From: Podarcis erhardii
Lineage: Eukaryota
Assembly: GCA_964252035.1 (NCBI GenBank)
Contig: OZ176203.1
Direction: 5' to 3' (one strand)
Length of the DNA: 64,000 nt
The notes beneath the pieces were generated by a model. That model had not been told where the DNA came from. It ran no database searches and saw only the letters and a list, made by a program, of their open reading frames with translations. The stretch's first letter is position 1; each line of letters opens with the position of its first letter. Positions 10,836 through 23,015 of this stretch are shown piece after piece. Made by a program: the position numbers and the translations under genes.

Positions 10836-11076
10836 CAGTGGTACCTCTAGTTATGAACTTAATTCATTCCAGAGGTCCATTCTTAACCTGAAACTGTTCT
10901 TAACCAGAGGTGTGCTTTCACTAATGGGGCCTCTTGCTGCCTCTGCGCCGCTGGCACACGATTTCTGTTCTCATCCTGGGGCAAAGTTCTCAACTCGAGG
11001 TAAGTCTTCCAGGTTAGCGGAGTTTGTAACCTGAAGCGTTTGTAACCTGAGGTGTTTCTAACTCTAGGTGCCACTG
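10836..11076. mobile_element. Tigger/mariner-type MITE (second TA-targeting family)
   Basis: TA-CAGTGGTACCTCTAG ... CTAGGTGCCACTG-TA. A partial inverted copy lies at ~19821-19917. Confidence 0.85.
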
Positions 11077-11407
11077 TAAAAGTATTTACATATCCTCTAG
11101 CAGTGAGGCTTTTCAGAGCATCCTTTGAGAGAATCAGGCTTCAATGTACTAACTATACTGATGGATTTCTGTCTGGGGTACTTGTCCTTGAACACCTGCC
11201 TCACATTGTGAAGCTAAGGTCACACCTTAGGGAGGAGCAAGGAGTACATGACCTTATGCTCGTGGGATTATGAAGCCCTGGATTCCCCACTTCAAGAGGA
11301 GTCATTTGTTGATGGTGGTCAAATTGTTGAAATTTAATGATTATTTGAAGTTTCTGTAGGTTCTAGTCTCAGGTTTCAAGTTGCCATTGACCCTCTTTGC
11401 TGAAGAT

Positions 11408-11658
11408 TAGTCGTACCTTGGTTTTCGAACAGCTTAGTTCTCAAACATTTTGGCTCCCGAACGCCACAAACCCAGAAATGAGTGTTCCGGTTTGTGAACT
11501 ACTTTTAGAAGCCGAGCGTCTGACATGGCTTCCACGGTTTCTGTTTGACTGCAGGAGCTTTCTGCAGCCAATCGGAAGCCGTGTCTTGGTTTCAGAACAT
11601 TTTGGAAGTCTTAACAGACTTCCAGAACGGATTCTGTTTGAGAACCAAGGTACAACTG
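11408..11658. mobile_element. Tigger-type MITE (third family)
   Basis: AGTCGTACCTTGG ... CCAAGGTACAACTG-TA termini. Confidence 0.8.
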
Positions 11659-11818
11659 TACTAGTAAGAAGGGCAAAAGGGGATTTTGTGTTTGTGTGGT
11701 GGCGAAGGGGATATTCAGGCTCATCGTCCTGACTGGGCTTAGGCATGGAGGGGATGTCATATATGTCACCCCCCACCCCACGGCAGTAACAGTGTATTAC
11801 TGATTTCCAGAGGCATAC

Positions 11819-11914
11819 TTGCTGATAAGGATCTAATTGGCTCCCCCCTCTTTGTTGGGGTATAAAAGGAAAGCTACTAGTCATCCTTGGCCATGAGATC
11901 TGAATGGTACAAAA
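11819..11914 (-). other. Candidate exon of the divergent transcript (96 nt, open in phase 0)
   Basis: Acceptor ttcttatttgctttccAG, donor GTATGC; reads FCTIQISWPRMTSSFPFIPQQRGGSQLDPYQQ. Confidence 0.3.
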
Positions 11915-13887
11915 CTGGAAAGCAAATAAGAACTCTAAATGCTTTCGTAGCACTTTTAAGACTGCAATGTTATCCATGCTTTGTATGGAGTAAGCCACAT
12001 AGAACTCGATTGGACCTAACTTCTAACTGAACATTCATAGGATTGGGTTTCAAGTGCCTTGCAATCATTTTCTCCTTCATTCTTTTAAAGACCCTACAAA
12101 GCAAGGCACTGTTGGTTCTTTTTAAAGTTACAGGCGGGGAACTGAGGCTGAGCAAATTGTAAAAGGCTACCTAGTGAGTATACAGCTTATGGCAGAGACT
12201 CTGGTTTCTTTTCTGTGTATCACTCACTTAGACATTCTGCTTGTAGGCTTCCTTCAGCTTGTATAATTCAAAACTCTTATGTGATTGTGGGGTTTATGGC
12301 AGAGAATGTTGGAAACTCTTCCCTGAAGAGAGTTAGAAAATCAAAGGCACAGTGAATTTGGACTCAGATCCCCACTCAGCTGTCACTGAGATACATTTTA
12401 CAAGTTTGGTTTAGAAATTTAATAAACAAACAAATGTTTCAAAGTGGTATTAAAATTATAAAATAGAATAACTGTTTTTTTAACACATTAATTACATTTT
12501 AGCATGAAAAGTGATTGTGGCATCATACAACTATACTATATACATAATAATAAGTATATATTCTACTGAGGTCCCCTTTGAAATATTTTATCAATGGACA
12601 ATAAAACATGCAGTTGACCTTAACAGAAACTTTATTCTTTGAGCCACAAATAGTAGCTGCGTATGAGGTTCCCCACCTCTGTTGTAAACAGGCAAACATG
12701 GGTCAGGGACAGTGGTGCATGTATTGTTTCTAATGTTCTGTTTCTCTGTGAGTTGAGATTCCAGTTTTACCCCACAGTAGGCAGGTGAGAAGCAGAGCAG
12801 GCAGCAACAGTATCTGTCTCCTCCCCACCCACCTTGTCCCCCCTGACCTTCCCTCAACCACACTGGAATGTTAAAGTTACTGGCAGGGGCTCTGGCATGC
12901 AGCTGCTTCAAGGTTTTTTCTTTTCCCCCAATCAAGTGGTATATAAATTTTAATAATAACAGTAATAAAATGGCAATCCCAATGACTGATGTTGGTTTTC
13001 CTGCACTCCCATTAAGGAGCCCAGGGAAATTTGGAGATGCATTGGCAAGTGTTAAGTCTGTTTGCAGGCCTCACAGCTCAAATTAGGTGCCCCTTAAATA
13101 ACAAGGAATGCCCTTCTCAGGCAGGAAAATAATAGTCTCACCTATATTGTGATTGTGCTACAATTGTGTGTTGGGGCAGCCATTTTGGTTTATTCTTGCA
13201 GCTGAACCTGCTGCGAGCAGACTTGTTCTATTCCAGAAAACAAAATTGCTTTGATACCTCTCTGAGGGCAGTGGGATAATAGCAGCAAGAGGTAAGCCCC
13301 CCCCCCCCTCATTGGTTGGAGGCCTTTAATGTCCCATGGGACTGTTGCAGGAATGTGCCTCAGCCTTTAACAGCTGTTTCCAATGTAGTGTCTTGCAGTT
13401 CAGCAGACAGAGAAAGGGCTAAAGATATGGCAACCTCTTTTCTCTCTCTCCCAGTCACGGCATTTCTCTACATTTCATTTTTATGTTGGTTCTCCCTTGT
13501 TTAAGCAATTAGCTTGCTTGTCCATTCTCTCTGTGTGTAAATGTTAATGGCTTGTTATACACGTGTTGTGCTGTGCTTTCCATCTGATGAGGACTGAAGC
13601 TATAAAAATGCTGAAAGCCCATTTGCACTGTATTATCATTACCGCATCAAGAGAAAGAGGAATCCTTGCATTACCGTGTGTTCATTTGGGCCAGTGAGTT
13701 TTTGTGGTGCCTGCAGGCAGCTTTTTTTTCTCAGTTTCCTATGCAAGCTTGAGGGATGAGTTAAAAATCACTCCCAGGAAATGCAAAAACTCACTGGTCC
13801 ACTGCAACCCACAGGTCATGATTTTCCTGGCCCTTCCTATTTTAGTGCTAATACACTTCCATTTGTGCATAATGCTGCTGGTCTTAC

Positions 13888-14004
13888 AAGTTCAGAAACC
13901 AGAGGACCCCCAGATGCTCTTTCCAAATGGAGGCTCTTGAAGGTCTGGCTAGTGTTGCTAACCCCTTGTAAGACACTACCAGGAGTCCTGGCCTTCCCAA
14001 TGGG
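13888..14004 (-). other. Candidate exon of the divergent transcript (117 nt, open in phase 0)
   Basis: Acceptor aaccacctttcatAG, donor GTAAGA; reads PIGKARTPGSVLQGVSNTSQTFKSLHLERASGGPLVSEL. Confidence 0.35.
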
Positions 14005-14778
14005 CTATGAAAGGTGGTTCTAAAATTATTCCCTTCCTAATCCCCTGGAGACCAACTCTGAGCTGGAGTAGAAAGCATCACAATTGTGGCAGCAGTTCTG
14101 TTGTAGACCGCCTTTTCTGTGATGTAGTTATGATGTTTCTGGGGATGGTCTTGGACTCCAGGGCGGGCAATTTAAAATGTCCATATAAGGGCTTGCACAC
14201 ATGGCTTGGGGTCCTCCTCTTCTCTCCTGTGTGTGGGGGAGCACCCTGTTGCAACAGTTAATAAAGATCAGGCTTACTAGCTGCTTTGCTTCTAAAAAAA
14301 TGCAATTGTGGCAGCGGGGGGGCCCCCCCAAACTGATTAGGGTATCTTCCTCTTTGTTGAAAATATGTGGATTAGCTTAAATGAGTGAAAGACTCCCTGC
14401 CAGAAGCTACTTTGCTTCTCATCACAGCAGGTCATCAATTGAACAGAGATGTGATGCAGCACATGCTTTTTCAAAGGAGGGTTTCTACACAAAGTATTTC
14501 CAGGACACAGCTATAGGGTATTTGTTGGTTTGTTTATTTGAAAAAAATTACAAACTGCCTCTGCTCTAATAGGAGCCCTTGCTTCATAATAAATACAAAA
14601 ACTAAAGAACCTCAAGCAGTAAAATTAACAAGCACCTTGATTACAACAAGTGCAGTAAGATCATGTTTTATATTTTAAGTATAACATTTTAATCTCCTCC
14701 GTTCTAGGAACTAAAGTCATTATACGTGCTGTCCCTTGCCCATTCCTCCCATGTGGTGGTTAAGCTATGATGCTGTAC

Positions 14779-14878
14779 CTGACCCCTGCTGAGCTTCATG
14801 GCTGAGCAAGCATCTGGACCCCCAGCTCCCTTGTCAAAGCTGAATATTCAAGCCATTACTAAGGTCTTTGGTTTCCAC
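14779..14878 (-). other. Candidate exon of an unidentified divergent transcript (possible start MKLSRGQ)
   Basis: Minus-strand acceptor ctcctctactgcctttcAG and donor CAG|GTACAG; gccATG inside the exon. Confidence 0.4.
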
Positions 14879-15111
14879 CTGAAAGGCAGTAGAGGAGTTG
14901 CAAATGGAACCTCTTTAGGCAGGGAGTTTCAACTCTGGGGTCTCAGCATCCAGAAGACTCTTGCCCACCTACTGCACAAGGTAGAGGCACTTGCAAGAGG
15001 GTCTTCTTGGAGTGCAAGGGATGGCATATAGGGTTGGAGTGATTCCTTTGAATCACAAGAAGCAAGGCAGCTGGCAAGTTCAAAGCAAGCCCTTTGCCTT
15101 GAGCAGAAAAC

Positions 15112-15463
15112 GTAAAGGTAAAGGACGCCTAAAGGTAAAGGACGCCTGACAGTTAAGTCCAGTCGCGAACGACTCCCTCACTTTACTGGCTGAGGGAGTC
15201 AATGTTCGATGTTCGTCTGCAGAGAGTTTTTCCGGGTCATGTGGCCAGCATGACTAAGCCGCTTCTGGCGAACCAGAGCAGTACACGGAAATGCTGTTTA
15301 CCTTCCTGCTGGAGTGGTACCTATTTATCTACTTGCACTTTGATGTGCTTTTGAATTGCTAGGTTGGTAGGAGCTGGGACAGAGCAACGGGAGCTCACCC
15401 CGTCGTAGGGTTCAACCTTCGATCAGCAAGCCCTAGGCTCAGGTTTAGACCACAGCACCACCT
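15112..15463 (-). mobile_element. Sauria SINE (Squam1/POM type), near full length
   Basis: Matches the recalled Sauria SINE consensus (GGGGTGAGCTCCCGTTGCT, GTGCAAGTAGATAAATAGGTACC, GCTGGCCACATGACCCGGAA, CCTTTACC tail). GCAGAAAAC flanks both ends (15103-11, 15464-72). Confidence 0.92.
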
Positions 15464-15599
15464 GCAGAAAACTAGCAGCTCACATATGCAGGTCTTGAGG
15501 ACCTGATAAAATCCCACGTGGCTGTCCTTCCAGCCCTTGCTGTGTCGGAGCCATCTTCAGAGGTAGCATCTGTTGCCCGAACCCAGAGCTCCATCTTGT

Positions 15600-17250
15600 A
15601 GGTTTTGTAACCAGCTCCTGGCCTGCCTGTGGCAAATCGGGACTTCCTGGCCTCTGGGCGAGTAGGAGCCACCTCGCGCCCTCCTCCGTCGAAGGACAAC
15701 TTGGCAATGAAAGGCGGCGAGGAGAAGACCCGCCTGGCCTTCGGGGCGCCCCTGTTCGCCTTGAAGGCCAGGAGGCGCAGGGCATCGCGCTCGCCTGTCT
15801 CTGCGTCGGGGTGGGGAGAAGCATTTAGCAGGCTGGCGCGCGGGGGGGGGGGATCCGAGTGGCTCAGCCGGCGCTCCTCCTTCCCTGGGCCGGGCGCCTT
15901 TAAAGCCTGCCGACTCCTTGCTGTGTGACGTGCGCCTGGCTCCTGGCCCGGCGAGGGGAGGAGCGGTGGCGCCGCTGCTGGTGCGGAGGGACCCTCTCCT
16001 CCGCCTCCTGCTGCTGCTGCTGTCAGCCCGCCCGCCTCCCTCTCCGAGAAGCGAAGCCACAACTTTTCTTTTGTGCGCGCGCGTTCACTCCCCCCTCCCC
16101 TTGGCTCTCTCCTCTCCAGATTTTAAACCCTAATGACGGATTAAAAATCTGGCGCCCAGAAACTGTGGCTTTAGAAGTCCGGTAAGGCCTGAACAAAGAC
16201 TCTCTCTCTCTTTCTCTCGCTCTTTCCTTTTTCTGCTCTGCCTGGTTTGATTTGCACACAACCTGCGGGGAGGGGGCCGCCTCTCGCCTTTCCCCCTTAC
16301 GGCTGTTCCTCGTCCCACTCCCCAGAGTCCCGCGGCCGCGAGAGGCGCCGAGCAAGGAGTCTCCTCCGTGCCCGCCTTTTGTCCGAAGCAGCGCAAAGCA
16401 GACGGGCATTGCCTGCTGGGGCGAAGTTGGCATTTGCCAACATCCGGGAGTTCGGCGGCTTGGTCGCTTTCCCGAAAGGGGAGGGCTGGATGGGGGGGGG
16501 AGAGAGCATGTTCTCTTTGCCTGTTTTCTGCCGCCGCCCAGGCCCGAGGCTCGAAGTGAGCGGGCTTCGGGGAGGTGCGCGCTTGTGTGTGTTTGTGCTT
16601 GCCTGCCCGAAGGAGCCCCATCGAGCCGAGCGGCGAGCCTCCAGGCCAGCCCCGCGGACTACGTGCTGGCTGGGCTCTTGGAGAGCGGAGCACGCCCCCT
16701 CCAGTCGCCTCCCTCCGCCTGGCCTCTTAATCTGCGCCAGAGCTTGGAGGGACCGGAGGGGGAAGAGCAGAGCGTAAACAAGGGCGGGAGGAGAAAGCGA
16801 CCTGGGGCGCTCTCGCTTCCTCCTCCTCCTCGAGCCCCTTCTGCAAAGGTGCCCGTGGGCTGTAGGCAAGCTCCCCCGAAAGGCGGCCTTCGCCGCTGCT
16901 CCGCGCCGCCTGCTCGCGCCACAAGCCGATTGGTCGGGCGCTCTGCTGCCGCCATGACTCTCGGCTGCGCGGCATTACTGCTCTTCGCCCCGCAAGCCTG
17001 GAGGGGGGTGCGCTACGCCTTGCTTGGCCTCCAGTTCGAGGGATCGAGGTACAAAAGTGCGCGCTTGCAAAGCGCATCAGAAGTGTTGTTGCGTTTGCCT
17101 CGAAGATGCCCAAGAAACGTTGCCCTTGCCACTCTGGTGTGCAGCTTTGGCTGGCAGGCTTTCAAGAAGACAAGGCCTGCCTTTCGCAATGAGAGGATCA
17201 GGTCTGCTGCGTTTCGCCATTCCCGCCTGCCGACCTCTCTTCATTGAAAT
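15600..17250. promoter_or_regulatory. NUMA1: CpG island / probable (bidirectional) promoter of NUMA1
   Basis: Sharp rise in GC and CpG density relative to the flanks. Contains TGACGT (~15926), a GCGCGC run (~16075) and reverse CCAAT (GATTGG ~16927). It is the only CpG island upstream of the NUMA1 ATG exon. Confidence 0.85.
15960..16181 (+). other. NUMA1: Probable non-coding first exon of NUMA1 (5' boundary approximate)
   Basis: Strong donor CCG|GTAAGG at 16181/16182 inside the CpG island. The ATG exon at 30763 has its own acceptor, so an upstream non-coding exon is required. Confidence 0.55.
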
Positions 17251-19716
17251 TAAGAAGCTCGCTCTTTCTGGACCTGCAGCCTCCCCAAAGCACTGGGTGC
17301 AGCTGCTGTGCCTCATACCTAAAGGCAGACCCCTTTTCGTTCTCTGCCAAGCAGTGGGGAAAATGCAGGGCCACAGAATTTGGTAAACTCCATAAAATAA
17401 TTTGAGACATTGGGATTAGGTCGCCCGCTTCTGTAAGCAGCCTCTCTGTGTGTTGCCGCCCCCTCCCCCCCCCACATGGTTGAACTGTAGGCTATTGGAG
17501 TTTTTCTGTTCTCCAGAATCCCAGTGAATCCGTAGGAAAATTAGGGGGATTGCAACAAAAAATTGCAGTGCATCTCCAGCTCCTAAGAGGAATGCTGCTG
17601 TTCAGGGTTTCCAAATATCCTGGAATGTGAGCTTTGTAATAATGTTTAGGCATTGGAGAGGAATAAGGGACACCTTTTCTCTTCCCCGGCTGTGTTGTAT
17701 AGTGCTAGAGGGCTGCTAGTTCCCACCTAGGCATTTTATTGCAATATAGTGTATATAATGGTTGTTTTGGAAAAGAAGTCTTTTTCCTCAATAAACAAAA
17801 ATTCTGGAATACTGGAGGGACAGATGTGTTCCTCTTCCTTGAAGCCCCATCTGCGGAACAACAGTCCACTTTTCTGAAGTTGCCTGTCCCATGCTCTCAA
17901 CAAATGAGCCAACATTTTTGTGTATGAAGTCCAAGACATCTACAAAAAGTGAAGTGCTCACACAAATGTTTTGTAGTCATTCATGGCACATAATTTGTAT
18001 GAAAAGTCTCTGAGCCTTCTCTACTTCACATGTCCTTTTGAGTCTGGATACCTGCAGGCAGTTCTTTCCACTGGTAATCTGGCAGGTGGTTATCTAAAAG
18101 TCTGCCTTCAAAATACCTTCTTTCCTTTATGCAGAAACATGCCATATTTATGTGGATGAGGCTCAGTGGGCTTTCTAAGTTATGTCTAATGCCATCTTCC
18201 TGCCCAGAGCTAACAAGAAAGCAGGACTGGATGGGATGTTGGTCTGAACTGGAGGGGGGAGAGGGCGTTGATGGAACCAGAAGGTAGCCTTATTTTCATT
18301 TCTTAATTACAGCTAAAAGAGATTACTGTAATAGAAAATTGAGGCATCTTGCAGGTTTGACACCTAGGATTTTTGCTTAGCCTGCTCAAAAATAAATAGT
18401 TGTAGACAATTAGTTATCTGACTCTTAAAATTATTGCCTCTCTTAATTCCTAAAGTTCTGTTGCCCCAGAAATCTGCAGCATAGAGGTAGAACATCATTC
18501 CTTGCTTTTTATTGAAGCTGTGAGGCGAAAAGAGATTTTGGAAGGACACTTCATGAATTGAAGTTCTTAATTGCTGTACCATTTGTGGGTTAGATGGGAG
18601 AAACACACACCACATTTATCACTTTCATTACCTTCATCAGGCATAGGATGTTCCTACCAAGTCTGAACTATTGAAGTGACTGCTTTTCTGGGGATAAATT
18701 GTCTGGTTTGCTTGTGCCTGGTGACAGATTAACTTGCCTCAGAGTTTTCTGCCTTGCCACTGAGCCACAGGGGTAAAGTCCAAAGGGGTATGGCAGAGTG
18801 CTGGAGTAGCAGTTGTTCCAGTCAGAGTTCAGGTCCACACTGTGCTCACTGGATTAGTTTTTTAGCTCTAAAAGACAACGGTAGCATGCAAGCTGAGTGG
18901 GCTAAATAAATGTTGCAAGCCAGCTGTGGGAAGAAAAATCCTTTAAATATTTAGGTAGGGCATGAAATAGTATCCAGCCATTGAGCAGTCCCCACATCCC
19001 CATCACTGAGGCAGCCTTGGAAGCAGAGATAGGCTACAGCAGCATCATACTCACATTGACCAATTTAAAGTGGCTTATTACTGTGCTTTTATACTGCCTG
19101 CCTGTTGACAAACTTAGGGGCTTGCAATCTCCAATATTAAAACAAAACAGGATGCAGAAGTTGGACCAATAAAATAGAATTTTCACTTGTCATTCATAAC
19201 CTGTTCAGGATCTCCCTTGACAGGCTCTCTCCTTCCATTTTCCTCTCAGTTCACACAGTTCTTTAATACCCAGGATGTTGTGGTTTCCCCAGCTGAACTT
19301 TCTCAGTTCTGGAGCTGATGGCATGAACTTGCTAGCTTGGGCTTAGAACAACAGTTCCCTGAGGAAGTACCTAAACTTATTTATTTGCCCTTTGCACAAC
19401 AGAAGATGCAAACAGGGACTTGCCGCAAAACATTGCAGTGAATCCCCATCCCTAGCGGAGTGGAACAGCAGTCTTGTGGTTAGGCTCACGGAGGGCACCT
19501 TCTTTGCTACCTTCCCGAAAACTTCCCCAGCTGTGTTATAAAGTGCTAAAGCCCTCGCTTCACCCAGCTGCTCCTGTTTCTAGAGCAAGCAACTCTGGTG
19601 GTGGCAACACACACCATTACTTCAGATTGGCCTATTGTAATATGCTCCATGTGGATTTGCATTTGGGAATTTGTAAGAGAATGCTGGAGAATTTGTGGAG
19701 AATGCTGTTGCACTCA

Positions 19717-20520
19717 TAGGAACATAACAGTAGCCTACTGGATCAGGCCAGTGGTCCATCCATTCCAGCATCCTGTTCTCACAGTGGCCAACCAGATGCC
19801 TGTGGGAAACTAGTGGGCAAGAGGCCCCATTAGCCAAAGCATGCCTCTAGTTAAGAACAGTTTCAGGTTAAGAACTAACCTCCGGAATGAATTAAGTTCA
19901 TAACTAGAGGTACCACTATAATTCCCCCCCCCCCCGTCCTGAATCTTCCAATTAAGCTTCATTGGATGTCTACTAGTTCTAGTGTTACAAGAGATGGAGT
20001 AAAACTTTTCTTTATACACTTTCTTCTTTCCATGCATAACTTTATAAACTTTATAGAGAGAACCAGTGTGGTGTAGTGGTTAGGAGCGGTAGTCTCGTAA
20101 TCTGGGGAACCGGGTTCGCGTCTCCGCTCCTCCACATGCCGCTGCTGGGTGACCTTGGGCCAGTCACACTTTGAAGTCTCTCAGCCCCACTCACCTCACA
20201 GAGTGTTTGTTGTGGGGGAGGAAGGGAAAGGAGAATGTTAGCCGCTTTGAGACTCCTGAAGGGGAGTGAAAGGCGGGATATCAAATCCAAACTCTTATTC
20301 TTTATAATCCCTTGCCTTTTCCCTGAACTAAAAAAGTCGCAACTGCTGCAACCTTTCTACATAGGGCAGTCGCTCCATCCCCTTGATCATTTTGATTGCC
20401 CTTTCCAACTCTACAATATCCTTTTTGAGTTGAGGTGACTAGAACTGTGCACAGTATTCCAAATGTGGATGCACCGTAGATTTGTGCAATGGCATGATAT
20501 TGGTAGTTTTATTTTCAATT
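19717..20520 (-). mobile_element. Old CR1 3' region interrupted by a MITE fragment (~19821-19917) and a SINE (20056-20299)
   Basis: CR1-like CTGGATCAGGCC...GTGGCCAACCAGATGCC and CCCTTGATCATTTTG...CAGTATTCCAAATG segments. Confidence 0.65.
20056..20299 (+). mobile_element. tRNA-head CORE SINE with L2-type tail (Squam3-like), young
   Basis: A box TGGTGTAGTGG, B box GGGTTCGCGTCTCC, CORE GGGTGACCTTGGGC, 3' stem-loop; CTTTATA TSD at 20049-55 / 20300-06. Confidence 0.85.
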
Positions 20521-21077
20521 GTGCTGTGCACTTCTCAGAGGCGTCTGGTTGGCCAATGTGAGAATAATATATCCTTTTCTTCTCCCCCTTCTAACTATTC
20601 CACTTGTAACTTCATTTTGTGTATCTGCTTGGTCACTCTGTCATAGTATTTCCTAGAAGACAGAAATCCTTAGTTGAGTATAAGTGCTCCCTTAGTGTTC
20701 ACATTTCACGGTTTAATGAAAAAGTGCTGTTGAGAAGCCTCCAGTTTGGATGTCCATATAGAATTCCCGCTAAAATTTGACACGCAAAGTAACTTTCTCA
20801 GCATTAACACAGCAGAGGCAGAATTGTAAATAGGAGGCTTTGTTAGGTGTGGTATGCGCTTGCATTAAGGTATATTTAAAAGTAGCCACCCCTATAACTT
20901 GTTCAGGGGGGTGGGGAACCTACTTAAGTCTGGGGGCCAGATTGGAACTTGTCCAACCTTTTGGGGGCCACATTCCAATGGTGAGTAGGGCACCTCTCAA
21001 ATGCATGCAGCTCTGTCCCCCCTCCCCCTGGTCACAAGCACACATGCACTAGCCACACATATATCACAGAACTGGTA

Positions 21078-21431
21078 CAGTGGTGCCTCGCAAGATGAAA
21101 TTAATTCGTTCCGTGAGTTTTTTCGTCTTGTGATTTTTCCGTCTTGCGAAGCATGGACTTTGGAAAAGCTTCAAAAAGCACCAAAGTCTTCAAAAACCTC
21201 AAAAAAGGCTACCACACCGTGTGCTATGAGTTGCTCCTCGAAGTGAATGCACGGTTTTAAGAAAAAGGAAACAAACTCGCAAGACAAAGGAAACAAACTT
21301 GCAAGACGTTTTCGTCTTGTGAAGCAAGCCCATAGGGAAATCCGTCTTGCGAAGCAACTCAAAAAACAAAAAACCCTTTCGTTTTGCGAGTTTTTCGTCT
21401 TCCGAGGCATTCGTCTTGCGAGGTACCACTG
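21078..21431. mobile_element. Tc1/mariner-pogo-type MITE (variant internal sequence)
   Basis: TA-CAGTGGTGCCTCGC ... GCGAGGTACCACTG-TA. Confidence 0.9.
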
Positions 21432-22762
21432 TAGTTGTGTTCATGTATACACACTTAACACAATCAACACTTTCAGTCCACTCCACCACACTTGTGGGGA
21501 CTGGAAAGCTATGTAGAGGTGATCTTTATAAACAGCAGGCAGAGGAATTTTATCTCTCCCGTCTTAGCACTAAAACTTACATATGTGTACAGTACTACGC
21601 AGGAAATTTTGTGGTATAATCATGGAATTGTAGAGTTGGAAGGAATGACTGAGAGTCCTCAGTCCAACCCCCTGCAACATTGCCAAATGATGTGCTTCCA
21701 TCTTAAATGTTTGGTTAAAAAGTGCTGCAAGTGTTAAGAATCTTTGTACCCTGTGCAACTTTGCTAAAGCCAGTGTTCGAAATTCCCATTGTTCTGGGCG
21801 CATTTTGTGACAAGGAATTTCATTAGCGTGAGCAGTTTCTGAGCTCTGGACGCAGTACTGCGCCTAGGATTTCAGATTAAAACTGCAGAGTGGAAGAAAA
21901 GAAGGACCTTTTTCCTTCTCCCCACTTCCAGCTACTCTCTGAAGGCTGGAGAAGAGACCCTCTTAAGAATATTAGGGGGGTGGGCAGGGCAAGGACTAGA
22001 CCATGTGAAAAATGAACATAATATTTTAGTGGCAGTTCATTAATCTTCAGCTTTATCGTTCTTGTTATTAAAAAAGTGTGCCTATACATTCTGTTGTTGA
22101 CCCATGACCTAGGTTTAAGGTGCCATTTAGCTCCTAGCCTTCATATCTCAGTTTCTAACACTGGCTAACATCCTGCTTATCTGTTTGTGTGTGTTGCTTG
22201 AATCTGGCATGCTGCTTGCCTTGTTGTAAACTGTAAGACTGAAGGGCAGAAGGGTCAACAGAGGACTATAGCAAATGTGAATCTATTAAATTTTTATAGC
22301 TTTTCCCCAAAAATCTGAAGCTTTGCTAGCCAAGGGATATTAATGTAACTCATTCGTAGCACATCAATAGTGTGGGGGAAAGCCTATTTTCATGCAGTTT
22401 CCATGAACCAAGGATTACAGAATCCCAGCATTAAAAAGGAACACCAAATTTGCATGAAATTGTATTTTAATCCTTTTGCCCAGGGATGGGATTTCTAGCC
22501 AAAGCAGATAGGATCAAAATAAAATTTGGATATATAGGGAAGGTGCTGTGGCCATGAAACTGCACAGAGTCAGTATTTAGAAAATTTGCTGCACAGGGCA
22601 TAGAAATCTCCCTGTGTGTTGGAAGCTTGCTTGTTTAATTTCTGAACCCCAAGCAGGTAGTTACAGCACTCTTGCAAGTTTTAACCTGCAATTATGAAAT
22701 ATAGACACTTACCCTTTTTTTGTATTATGAAAGCTGACATTGTCAGTTTTGATATTTCAGTA

Positions 22763-23015
22763 CAGTGGTGCCCCGCAAGACGAACGCCTCGCAAGACGGA
22801 AAACTCGCTAGACGAAAGGGTTTTCCGTTTTTCGAGGTGCTTTGCAAGACGAATTTCCCTATGGGCTTGCTTCGCAAGACGAAAACGTCTGGCGAGTTTG
22901 CTTCCTTTTTCGTAAAACTGTTAATACCCAGGGAATCCGCGCTCTGCAAGACGAAAAAATCGCAAGGCGGAGCGACTCGTGGAACGAATTCTTTTTGTCT
23001 TGCGAGGCACCACTG
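22763..23015. mobile_element. Tc1/mariner-pogo-type MITE (253 bp)
   Basis: TA TSD and the same TIRs. Confidence 0.9.

Noticed and set aside
13142-13291. Exon-like segments on both strands (plus 13236-13291; minus 13142-13261)
   Set aside because: Both have stops in all frames. A shorter minus version (13142-13227) is open but ends in phase 2 and breaks the candidate chain. Signals on both strands indicate noise.
13575-13620. Hammerhead-ribozyme-like CTGATGA...GAAA with GCTTTC/GAAAGC complementarity
   Set aside because: Stem II does not form beyond two pairs, and only 5 nt separate the NUH site from the core, so stem I is absent.
15472-17247. Multiple 100-330 aa ORFs in the CpG island
   Set aside because: Expected stop depletion in very GC-rich DNA; R/P/A/G-rich with no recognisable domain.
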